Source: a virus (taxonomy: Duplodnaviria; Caudoviricetes). From it: DNA of 34,255 bases. The position numbers were made by a program, and so were the translations under genes. Positions within the stretch are counted from its first letter, which is position 1; the number at the start of each line of letters is the position of its first letter. The DNA is taken from the IMG/VR virus record IMGVR_UViG_3300043414_000247, positions 1 to 34,255 of that record; one strand, 5' to 3'. Below the pieces are notes generated by a model. It saw only the letters and a program-made list of their open reading frames with translations. It was not told the DNA's origin and did no database searches. Below, one piece after another: positions 9,168 through 16,329 of this stretch.

Positions 9168-11471
9168 ATGCGAGACTTTATCGAGTTTATCCAAGGGCTG
9201 GCAGAGCACGGCGAGACGCCGCTGCTGGTCAAACAAAAGCCGGTCATGCACAACGGCAAGCAGGTGACGCACGGCGACGGGACGTTGAAATATACGTGGC
9301 CTGCGTACCTGCCGACGCGCACGCCAAAGGCGGGCGAAGCTTGGTATCTTAACACCGGGTCGTTTATCGTTGACCGCTTTACCGAAGGCCAACCAAGCGC
9401 CAGCGCGTCGAACTGCGAGTTCGTGCTGTGCCTGATGCTGGACGACATCGGCACCAAGGCGCAGGAGCCGCCACTGCCGCCGACGTGGATCATCGAGACC
9501 TCGCCGGGGTCGTTCCAGTGGGGCTACGCCTTCAGCGACCAGCCGACGAAGGGCGAGTTCACCGCAGCAATTAAGGCGATTGCGGCCGCAGGCTACACCG
9601 ACCCCGGCGCAACTAATGCGGTGCGTAACTTCCGCATTCCCGGATCGGTAAATCTGAAGCCCGGCCGCGACGGCTTCGTGTCGCGTCTGGTGTCGTTTCA
9701 CCGCGAACGCGAGTTCACCCTGCCGGAGATCTGCGCCGCGCTTGGCGTGACGCCAGCCGAGGCCGACACGGCGCAGGGCGTGAGCTTCCGCCTGCGCGAC
9801 ACCGGCAAGGATAGCGTGCTTGAATGGCTGAACGACAAGGGCTTGGTCTTGTCCAACGTCAACGCCGAGGGCTGGATGGGCGTCGTCTGCCCGAACAGCG
9901 CCCAGCATACAGATGGCCAGATCGAAGCGCGCTACAAGCCGCTTGACCGGTCGTTCTGCTGCTACCATGGCCATTGCGAAGACTTCAACAGCCGTGCGTT
10001 CTTGCGCTGGGTCTGCGATAATGGTGGGCCGCGCGTCAATCCTGGCCTGCGCGACGAGCTGCTGGCTGAGCATATGAGCAACACGTTAGCCAAACTGACG
10101 CCATCCGACATGTTCTCGGACGATGCCGCCAAGGTCATCGCCGAGGTCGAGCGTAAGGAGCTGGGCCGCGTCGAGAAGGCGGACTGGTACGAACGCTTCG
10201 CCTACATCTCCGACGACGACTCGTTCTTTGACATCCGCGACTGTCGCGAGCTGGGCCGCACGACCTTTAACGCCATCTATCGACACGTCCCCTGTCAGTC
10301 GATCCACAACGGCCGCAAAATCGAGGCATCGATCTGCTTTGATGAGAACCGCCAAACGATGAACGCGCGGCTGCTGCGCGGTGTCACCTACGCCGCTGGC
10401 GAGGCCGTGCTGGTCGCGCGTGACGGCGAGGTGTTCGGCAACCGCTGGCGCAACGCGCGGCCGGACGTGTCGCGCGTTCAGCCGGGCGATGTCAGCCCGT
10501 GGCTGGACCATTGCAAGGTGTTGGTGCCGGAGCCAGCAGAGCTGGAGCACGTGCTCGACATAATGGCGTTCAAGGTCCAGAACCCCAGCGTCAAGATCAA
10601 CCACGCGGCGCTGCATGGTGGTGACGAGGGCTGCGGCAAAGACAGCATGTGGGCGCCGTTCCTCTGGGCCGTCTGCGGCCCGCATCTGCGCAACCGTGGC
10701 CTGATCGACGCTGATGGGCTGTTGTCGCAGTGGGGTTATCAGCTTGAAAGCGAGATCCTGATCCTGAACGAGCTGAAGGAGCCAGAGGCGGCGTCGCGTC
10801 GGATGCTGGCGAACAAGCTGAAGCCCGTCATCGCCGCCCCACCGGACATGATCGTCATCAACCGCAAGGGTCTCCACCCTTACAACATGTTGAACCGCAT
10901 GTTCGTCCTGGCGTTTACGAACGATCCGGTGCCGATTTCGATCCCCTCGCAGGATCGCCGTTGGTTTTGTTTGTGGTCAACCGCGCCCCGGATGGACCCC
11001 GCCCAAGCTGACAAGCTGTGGCGTTGGTACAAGTCGGGCGGATTTGAGAAGATCGCGGCATGGATGCATGCCCGTGACGTGTCGAAGTTCAATCCGGCGG
11101 CCGCGCCGCCCTTTACCGAGTTCAAAGCGAACCTGGTCGAGCATGGCATGAGCATCGCCGAGTCGTACCTTGTCGACCTGATCCGCGTCCGTGCTGGGGA
11201 GTTCTCGCGCGGCGTGGTCGGCTCGCCCTTCTTCGCGCTCTGCGACCGCTTGGTGGCGTCGGCACCGGCTGGCGTCAAGATCCCGCAGGCGGCGCTGCTG
11301 CACGCGCTCAAGGAGGCGGGCTGGACCGACATGGGCCGCCTGGCGTCGTCGCAGCATGGCACCAAAAAGCATGTCTTCGCCGCGCCCGACATGGCGCGCG
11401 AGCACAGCAAGTCGGAGCTGCGCAACATGCTGGAGACGCCGCCAACGCCGGGCTTGAAGATCGTAAAGTAA
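9168..11471 (+). CDS. Primase-helicase: RepB-like primase, Zn-binding region and SF3/DUF5906-like helicase
   Basis: LMLDDIG..PTWIIETSPGSFQWGY; CPNSAQH..CYHGHC; Walker A GDEGCGKDS; ILNE; INRKG; FTND; DRRWF. Confidence 0.85.
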   Translation: MRDFIEFIQGLAEHGETPLLVKQKPVMHNGKQVTHGDGTLKYTWPAYLPTRTPKAGEAWYLNTGSFIVDRFTEGQPSASASNCEFVLCLMLDDIGTKAQEPPLPPTWIIETSPGSFQWGYAFSDQPTKGEFTAAIKAIAAAGYTDPGATNAVRNFRIPGSVNLKPGRDGFVSRLVSFHREREFTLPEICAALGVTPAEADTAQGVSFRLRDTGKDSVLEWLNDKGLVLSNVNAEGWMGVVCPNSAQHTDGQIEARYKPLDRSFCCYHGHCEDFNSRAFLRWVCDNGGPRVNPGLRDELLAEHMSNTLAKLTPSDMFSDDAAKVIAEVERKELGRVEKADWYERFAYISDDDSFFDIRDCRELGRTTFNAIYRHVPCQSIHNGRKIEASICFDENRQTMNARLLRGVTYAAGEAVLVARDGEVFGNRWRNARPDVSRVQPGDVSPWLDHCKVLVPEPAELEHVLDIMAFKVQNPSVKINHAALHGGDEGCGKDSMWAPFLWAVCGPHLRNRGLIDADGLLSQWGYQLESEILILNELKEPEAASRRMLANKLKPVIAAPPDMIVINRKGLHPYNMLNRMFVLAFTNDPVPISIPSQDRRWFCLWSTAPRMDPAQADKLWRWYKSGGFEKIAAWMHARDVSKFNPAAAPPFTEFKANLVEHGMSIAESYLVDLIRVRAGEFSRGVVGSPFFALCDRLVASAPAGVKIPQAALLHALKEAGWTDMGRLASSQHGTKKHVFAAPDMAREHSKSELRNMLETPPTPGLKIVK

Positions 11472-11476
11472 GAGCG

Positions 11477-11501
11477 CCGCCCCGGTTGATAGCCGGGGCG
11501 G
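11477..11501. terminator. Putative terminator hairpin between convergent genes
   Basis: CCGCCCCGG-TTGATAG-CCGGGGCGG followed by T-rich sequence, between the primase stop (11471) and a minus-strand stop (11506). Confidence 0.7.
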
Positions 11502-11505
11502 TCTT

Positions 11506-11730
11506 CTAGTTTATTGTTTTGAGTTCCGCCGTCGATGGCGTTTTGATGGACGTGATGATCTTTTGCATCATCAAGAGCGTTAGCTCTTTCGTTTTCCGGT
11601 CTGTTGATGTCTCGGAAAAATGCGCCAGCGTCACGAATGCAATGGCCCGCTGCGACACAATGTCGCTGAAAAACATGGGTTCAGAGTCGTCGATGTGGAC
11701 CACGTTGTCATCGTCATCGTTATCGTTCAT
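11506..11730 (-). CDS. Hypothetical protein with acidic N-terminus
   Basis: MNDNDDDDNVVHI...; overlaps the stop of the upstream gene; start chosen at ATG 11730. Confidence 0.55.
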   Translation of the reverse strand: MNDNDDDDNVVHIDDSEPMFFSDIVSQRAIAFVTLAHFSETSTDRKTKELTLLMMQKIITSIKTPSTAELKTIN

Positions 11731-11941
11731 GTGGCGCGTCCGTTCTTGGGGGTTCACGATAGAATGCCAGATGCCGGTCTTTCAAAAGCTCCTGTATCGT
11801 TTGCTCCTGCGCCAAGATCACAAGATTTAGCGCGATTAGTTCCTCTGCCATGCGAAACTCGGTCTGTGACCCGCTCCATTTATACCGGAACTCGTTCACA
11901 AGATCGTGAATCAAGCGCTCGTTCGGATGTAGCCCCGGCAT
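11720..11941 (-). CDS. Hypothetical protein (73 aa)
   Basis: TGATG coupling to the phosphoesterase stop. Confidence 0.6.
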   Translation of the reverse strand: MPGLHPNERLIHDLVNEFRYKWSGSQTEFRMAEELIALNLVILAQEQTIQELLKDRHLAFYREPPRTDAPHER

Positions 11942-12939
11942 CAGGCATACAGCTCTTCGAGCTGCATCATCGACGTGAATTGATACGAGACGATGTGCCC
12001 ACCGCGCAGTTCTAGCTCATAGACACCGTAGCTCCAGCCGGTCGTCGCCGTGCCTGCATATTTGGCCACGTAGCCGTGCGGCATGGCCGACCCCAGGTTC
12101 ATGACTTCGATTGAATTGTTAGCGCCGATTTTAGGCGTCTTGCGGAACGACGCGCGGTGCGTGTGGCCGAAGACGATTGAGTGCGTCGCATGGTTTGCGA
12201 TCTGGTTTTCAGACTGCTGGCCCCCATATGGGCGGCCCATAATGTTCATGGGGACGTGAATGAAGCCCACGCCGTCGATGATCAGCCATTGACCGTAGGG
12301 GTGGAGCCGCCAGCGATGCCTGGTGCACAGGTCTTCGAATTGCGCCCATAAAGTTCCAACAGTTTCTGGCGTTTTGTTCTCGAACCGTTGGATTCTGTCT
12401 TCGTGATTGCCGCAGACCAGTTCAAGCGGAATGCTCAGGCCGGATGTTTCTTTGTAGAAGGCGGCCATGGCCTCGCCGCAGGATTGCAGATCTTCTTGGA
12501 AGCTAGGGCGCTGCGCGTAGCCTAGGCTGCCGCGCTCTTCATGGCACGACACCGAGTTCCACGACGCGAAGTCGCCGATCTGAACAATGCGGTCAGGCAT
12601 ACGTGCGACACAATGCCGCGCTAGCCATGTGAAGCGGTCCTTGGCCATGCCCGGCTCGTCGTGCGTGTCGCCTATCGCGACGACGCGAGTTGAACGGCCT
12701 TCTTTCGCTGGGATGACGCGCGTGCGGATCGGAGGCTTGGCGTCACGCGCGGCACGTAGCGCCGCCACTTCGGCTTCTAGCTGGCTGGCGGTGCGAATTA
12801 AGTCCGATACGCGAAGCGGCTTGTTACGCCGGATCGCGGATCGGACTGAACTTTCGTTGCGGCCAATATGGTCAGCGACGCGCGATGCCCCGCCCATCTG
12901 AACTATCAGGGTTTGCAATTCCGCCGGGCTTAACATCAT
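11941..12939 (-). CDS. Calcineurin-like metallophosphoesterase with N-terminal HTH/coiled coil
   Basis: GDTH, GDF, GNHEDR, FIH and GHTH metal-ligand motifs; N-terminal GGASRVADHIGRNESSVRSAI is HTH-like; GGAGG RBS. Confidence 0.85.
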   Translation of the reverse strand: MMLSPAELQTLIVQMGGASRVADHIGRNESSVRSAIRRNKPLRVSDLIRTASQLEAEVAALRAARDAKPPIRTRVIPAKEGRSTRVVAIGDTHDEPGMAKDRFTWLARHCVARMPDRIVQIGDFASWNSVSCHEERGSLGYAQRPSFQEDLQSCGEAMAAFYKETSGLSIPLELVCGNHEDRIQRFENKTPETVGTLWAQFEDLCTRHRWRLHPYGQWLIIDGVGFIHVPMNIMGRPYGGQQSENQIANHATHSIVFGHTHRASFRKTPKIGANNSIEVMNLGSAMPHGYVAKYAGTATTGWSYGVYELELRGGHIVSYQFTSMMQLEELYA

Positions 12940-13016
12940 GTCGCCGCCTCCGTCGTTCGCGGCGGAGCTTATTGCGGTTTTATGTCTGACGCATGTCTTT
13001 TTTAGTTAATATTGTT

Positions 13017-13127
13017 TCATCGGTCGTTAAGCACCCTCCACAGCAGGATTAGCAGTATCGCGATTGCAGCCGCGCCCATCGACCAAACCGCCAAGATGAT
13101 CGGCCCGTAAATCAGAAACTCAATCAT
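13017..13127 (-). CDS. Small single-pass membrane peptide (36 aa; not in ORF track)
   Basis: MIEFLIYGPIILAVWSMGAAAIAILLILLWRVLNDR; TGATG coupling and GGAGG upstream. Confidence 0.5.
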   Translation of the reverse strand: MIEFLIYGPIILAVWSMGAAAIAILLILLWRVLNDR

Positions 13128-13227
13128 CAAACAAATCCCTCCACGCCAGACAGCACACGGCTATCATTGCAACCCAAACCAGCACCACAAGCGGAATTGC
13201 TATCATTAATCCGAGTGCTTCCAACAT
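13120..13227 (-). CDS. Small single-pass membrane peptide (35 aa; not in ORF track)
   Basis: MLEALGLMIAIPLVVLVWVAMIAVCCLAWRDLFDD; GGGAGAAG RBS; overlaps the 3' tail of the 13127-13432 ORF in another frame. Confidence 0.5.
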   Translation of the reverse strand: MLEALGLMIAIPLVVLVWVAMIAVCCLAWRDLFDD

Positions 13228-13432
13228 GTTCTTCTCCCATGAGTTGTCGCCGCAGCGTGTCGCGTTGGTGCCGCACCTTGCCCAGCTTGCGGCGTAGCTG
13301 TTCCTGATAGTCTCGCGCGCTTGTGAGCTGGCGCTCCAAATATTCGATGTGAGCCGCCGCCTTCAAGGACGCCTGGCAGCCATCGACGGCCGCCAGCGCG
13401 CGCAGGACGGCCTTGTGATCAGTCGGCTGCAT
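13127..13432 (-). CDS. Hypothetical coiled-coil protein
   Basis: MQPTDHKAV...AAAHIEYLERQL; GGAAGG RBS. Confidence 0.55.
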   Translation of the reverse strand: MQPTDHKAVLRALAAVDGCQASLKAAAHIEYLERQLTSARDYQEQLRRKLGKVRHQRDTLRRQLMGEEHVGSTRINDSNSACGAGLGCNDSRVLSGVEGFV

Positions 13433-13595
13433 GGCGCGGCCTTCCGTTCTTGCGTGGCGGTGCGCCATTGCGCCGCGCGATGAGCCGGACGTAACTAGGA
13501 CATGACAACCCGAACAAGCGCGCGATGTCGAGCGTCTTGCGTCCGGCGAGATAGTGCTGTGTGATAATTTTGTCGCGCTCTGCGGTTTTTCGCAT
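13419..13595 (-). CDS. Small HTH DNA-binding protein (58 aa; not in ORF track)
   Basis: MRKTAERDKIITQHYLAGRKTLDIARLFGLSCPSYVRLIARRNG...; TAATG coupling and GGAG RBS. Confidence 0.6.
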   Translation of the reverse strand: MRKTAERDKIITQHYLAGRKTLDIARLFGLSCPSYVRLIARRNGAPPRKNGRPRHAAD

Positions 13596-13783
13596 TATTT
13601 TCTCCCAAATGTTATGTTTGTCTCCGCCCTAATGTCTTGATTGCGCCAGGTCCAGCACTCGCCCGTGTTTTGAAACACGACCCAACACAGGTCGTGCTCG
13701 GCACCGTAGTCAATCAAGACATGCGCCAGCCCCTTGCCTTGTGGCGTCACAACGGGCATCGGCGGATCAAGTTGCAGTATCAT
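13595..13783 (-). CDS. Hypothetical phage protein
   Basis: MILQLDPPMPVVTPQGKGLAHVLIDYG...GECWTW; ATGA overlap with the upstream gene. Confidence 0.65.
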   Translation of the reverse strand: MILQLDPPMPVVTPQGKGLAHVLIDYGAEHDLCWVVFQNTGECWTWRNQDIRAETNITFGRK

Positions 13784-14172
13784 CGCTCGCGTCCCCATGT
13801 CTGATCGCCCAGCGTGGCGTGCGCCAGTGCTAACTCCGCCCGCAGCCGCTCGATCTCAATCAACACGGGATCATCCAAACTCTGTGCAAGCTTCAAAGCC
13901 GTTCGCAGCCGCTCGATCTCGTCGGCAGCTTCTTGAGACAACTTATCCGGCTCGGCATCCTTGCGCGTCAGCGCCGCCCGCAGCCGCTCAATCTTGTTGG
14001 CGTCATCATTGGAAAAACGCACCCAACGGCGAACCTCACCCCGCAGGCACTCGATCTCGTCGGCGCATTCCGCGATCAACATTTCTGGATGCAACGGATC
14101 AAAAGTGCGGCCACCCACGCCGGGACGCCCGTCCAAGTATTTTTTCAGCCTCGTCACGATGTCGTCAGTCAT
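13780..14172 (-). CDS. Ead/Ea22-like protein with repeated (D)EIERLR coiled-coil units
   Basis: MTDDIVTRL start, four EIECLR/KIERLR/EIERLR units, GGGGAG RBS. Confidence 0.6.
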   Translation of the reverse strand: MTDDIVTRLKKYLDGRPGVGGRTFDPLHPEMLIAECADEIECLRGEVRRWVRFSNDDANKIERLRAALTRKDAEPDKLSQEAADEIERLRTALKLAQSLDDPVLIEIERLRAELALAHATLGDQTWGRER

Positions 14173-14278
14173 TGGTCTTCTCCCCTTCAAGCGCGGCTTT
14201 CGCGCGGTCGTAGATGTCAGTTTTCCGGTCGCTCACGCTAATAACGTCCCGCAGCGCCGCCCGCAGCCGCTCGATCTC
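13838..14278. repeat. Five dispersed copies of CGCAGCCGCTCGATCTC (encodes EIERLR on the minus strand)
   Basis: Exact copies at 13841, 13904 and 14262; variants at 13979 and 14042. Confidence 0.8.
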
Positions 14279-14449
14279 GGCCAATAGGTCCGGCCACGTA
14301 CACTCAAAACACTCTCTGCTGCCGTAGATTTTGCCGTCTGACGGGAACCGCACGCCGTAGCGGTGCTTCCCGTCGTGGTCGTCCAGCCAGTCTGCCATTT
14401 CAATCGCGCCCGTGACCGGGTGTCGTGTTGGTGATGAGTAGTTGCTCAT
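14165..14449 (-). CDS. Hypothetical protein with C-terminal EIERLRAAL unit
   Basis: ATGA overlap; same coiled-coil module as the downstream gene. Confidence 0.6.
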   Translation of the reverse strand: MSNYSSPTRHPVTGAIEMADWLDDHDGKHRYGVRFPSDGKIYGSRECFECTWPDLLAEIERLRAALRDVISVSDRKTDIYDRAKAALEGEKTND

Positions 14450-14778
14450 ATCTCGCCCCTTGCTTTCTTTGCTTGATAATGTTCCCGCGCTCGCGTGCGC
14501 TTGCGCAGGCCGTCCTCAAACTCCCGTCCGTTCAGCCAAGCGTCCAGCGAGTGGACGCCATGCCACACGGTCGTCGGGTCGCGCCCGCCTGACCATGCGC
14601 CCAGTTGCGGGTAGGACACGGTCAGGCGGTCACGCGCACGCCACCAGGCGAGGTGGCGGGCGGTGCTGGCGGCCGCGACACGGGATGCGCTGTCGAACGT
14701 CGCCACGTCGATCTCGCACTCAGCGCAGGCGTCGCGCTTGATTGCCTCGAACGCCGCCCGTGTCGCGTGCGGCTTCAC
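14446..14778 (-). CDS. Stand-alone DnaA C-terminal (domain IV) HTH protein
   Basis: SR..ARHLAWWRARDRLTVSYPQLGAWSGGRDPTTVWHGV matches the DnaA consensus R..RQ.AMYL.R.LT..S.P.IG..FGGRDHTTV.HA. Confidence 0.75.
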   Translation of the reverse strand: MKPHATRAAFEAIKRDACAECEIDVATFDSASRVAAASTARHLAWWRARDRLTVSYPQLGAWSGGRDPTTVWHGVHSLDAWLNGREFEDGLRKRTRAREHYQAKKARGEI

Positions 14779-15230
14779 GCGGCGGTGCCGCCGACCAGCG
14801 TGACGGTCACATCGCCCGCGTCGTAGCGCGGCGCGGCCATAGCCGCCTCCAGCTCCGCGACCGCGTCAGCCGCTGCCCGGTCGGCCCGCCGGGCGCCACA
14901 GGCGCGCACGTACAGGGTGGCGTAGCCCGCCACGTCATGCGCGTGGTCGATGTGATCGACATCGCCAGCCAGCAGGCGCGCGGTCTTGCAGAGCCATGCC
15001 TCGCACGCTTCACGCTGCGCGTCGTTCATGTTGATGTAGCCCTTCGACTCGCGCAGGATGTCCTTCAGGAGCTGCGCGTAGCTCGCCACGTCGGCGAAGT
15101 CGCCGTGCGTGATCTCGCGCTGTTCAAGCGTCTGTTCGATCGTCAGCGGCGCAGCCTGCGCGGCGGGATGCGTTGCGGGTGCTGTTGCTGTTGCTGTTGC
15201 GGCCGTGGTCGTCTGCTTATGCTTGGTCAT
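14775..15230 (-). CDS. DUF6378-like all-helical phage protein
   Basis: TLEQREITHGDF...KTARLLAGDVDHIDHAHDVAGYATL motif; family name from recall. Confidence 0.65.
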   Translation of the reverse strand: MTKHKQTTTAATATATAPATHPAAQAAPLTIEQTLEQREITHGDFADVASYAQLLKDILRESKGYINMNDAQREACEAWLCKTARLLAGDVDHIDHAHDVAGYATLYVRACGARRADRAAADAVAELEAAMAAPRYDAGDVTVTLVGGTAA

Positions 15231-15678
15231 CTGTTTTGCCCCATTTCTCGACGTAATAAATTATTGACGTATGGTCGCGATTGCAAGCGCGCCCGATGGC
15301 TGAGTAACTCCAGCCAAGGGCGAGCAAGCGTCGGTAGATCTCCAGCCGTGGCCGGATGAGCGCGCCGCTTGTCGAGCGCCCGGTGACGGTCAGCCATGTG
15401 GCCCCGTGCGCCGTCAGGATGTCGGCGCACATGGTCTCGATTTGCTCCTGCGTCATGCTGTAGCGCGCGGCGTGGGCCGCTACGCGGTCCTTCCGCGCCT
15501 GCCTGCCTGACGGCCGTGGCGCGCGCGGCTTGGCCTGTGGCGCCCTTGCCCGTGCCGTAGGCAGGGCTTGGATCGCCGGTAGCGGCTCGGGCACCGGTGC
15601 AGGCGGTGCTGTCGGGCGCGGGCGCCCGGCAGCGATGCGAGCCTTGACGGCCGCATAGTGAGCGATCCAGTCAGTCAT
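15217..15678 (-). CDS. Second DnaA domain IV-like HTH protein with Pro/Arg-rich N-terminal extension
   Basis: VTGRS..LIRPRLEIYRRL..GWSYSAIGRACNRDHTSIIYYV; N-terminal HYAAVKARI. Confidence 0.7.
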   Translation of the reverse strand: MTDWIAHYAAVKARIAAGRPRPTAPPAPVPEPLPAIQALPTARARAPQAKPRAPRPSGRQARKDRVAAHAARYSMTQEQIETMCADILTAHGATWLTVTGRSTSGALIRPRLEIYRRLLALGWSYSAIGRACNRDHTSIIYYVEKWGKTDDQA

Positions 15679-15875
15679 GACGTGACCGCCTCTCGCAGGG
15701 CTTGGACGACATCGCGCGGCGTGGCCGCGTAGACCAGCGTCCCTGCGGTCGTGACGCCGCGCCAGGCGCGGGCGCCTGTCGTCGGCGGCATGGCGCGGGC
15801 GTAGTAGCCCACGACGCGGCCGCGATGCGTCGCGGTGCGCGTCTCGTCAGCGTGGCGTGTGGTTGTCGTCGTCAT
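15675..15875 (-). CDS. Hypothetical protein (66 aa)
   Basis: ATGA overlap with the next gene; GGGAG upstream. Confidence 0.5.
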   Translation of the reverse strand: MTTTTTRHADETRTATHRGRVVGYYARAMPPTTGARAWRGVTTAGTLVYAATPRDVVQALREAVTS

Positions 15876-15960
15876 CAGACAGGTGCTCCCAGAGTGATGC
15901 CGCGCCGACTAGCGCGAACGGAATGACGACGAACAGCACGACGGCGACAGCCAAGTGCAT
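15847..15960 (-). CDS. Small single-pass membrane peptide (37 aa; not in ORF track)
   Basis: MHLAVAVVLFVVIPFALVGAASLWEHLSDDDDNHTPR; TGATG coupling and AGGAG upstream. Confidence 0.45.
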   Translation of the reverse strand: MHLAVAVVLFVVIPFALVGAASLWEHLSDDDDNHTPR

Positions 15961-16250
15961 CACAGATTCAGCTCCTGCTGCTGGTCGTGCTGCGCCGCGT
16001 CAAGGACGTGGTCGGCCAGCTCCTGCCAGTTCACGTCCTCGAACATTTCGTAAGCGAAGTCGCGCACCAAAGCCGACTCGATGTGCGTCTCAATATGCTC
16101 AAGCGCAACCGCGTGCATGTAGTCGGCCAAGCTGACCGGCGGCTTGGCTCGGCCCATGTGCCAGTTGTTTAGGTCAAAATTGTCGAACACACGCGCGTAG
16201 ACGCGCCATGTTGCGAAGTTGGACCAGCCGTGCGGCGATGTGCTTTTCAT
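15960..16250 (-). CDS. Phage protein with GW.N..TW...VNW.E.A motif and C-terminal QQELNL
   Basis: HGWSNFATW and DVNWQELA motifs; preceded by the repeated start-associated sequence. Confidence 0.65.
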   Translation of the reverse strand: MKSTSPHGWSNFATWRVYARVFDNFDLNNWHMGRAKPPVSLADYMHAVALEHIETHIESALVRDFAYEMFEDVNWQELADHVLDAAQHDQQQELNL

Positions 16251-16282
16251 GTGCTTTTTCCCGTGTTGACGCGCCCCTCTGG

Positions 16283-16319
16283 CGCGCTATGAGCCGCCCC
16301 GTGGGGCGGCCTTAGCGCG
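16283..16319. promoter_or_regulatory. Long GC-rich intergenic hairpin (processing or attenuation site?)
   Basis: CGCGCTA-TGA-GCCGCCCC-GT-GGGGCGGC-CT-TAGCGCG; no U-tract on the coding strand; similar to the hairpin at 17449-17479. Confidence 0.5.
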
Positions 16320-16329
16320 TCAGGTAGGG

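Noticed and set aside
6987-10877. Long minus-strand ORFs (425, 547, 263 aa) opposite PolA and primase
   Set aside because: Antisense shadows caused by high-GC codon bias; no recognisable motifs.
13006-13030. Possible CtrA box (TTAA-N7-TTAA)
   Set aside because: Only a mismatched version (TTCA-N7-TTAA) in an AT-rich patch; too weak.
13838-14278. Repeats read as a mini CRISPR array
   Set aside because: Spacing is irregular and all copies are in-frame coding for EIERLR.
16266-16293. Plus-strand promoter-like TTGACG-N16-TATGAG antisense to the mini-clamp
   Set aside because: Weak -10 that overlaps the hairpin; cannot be supported without TSS data.
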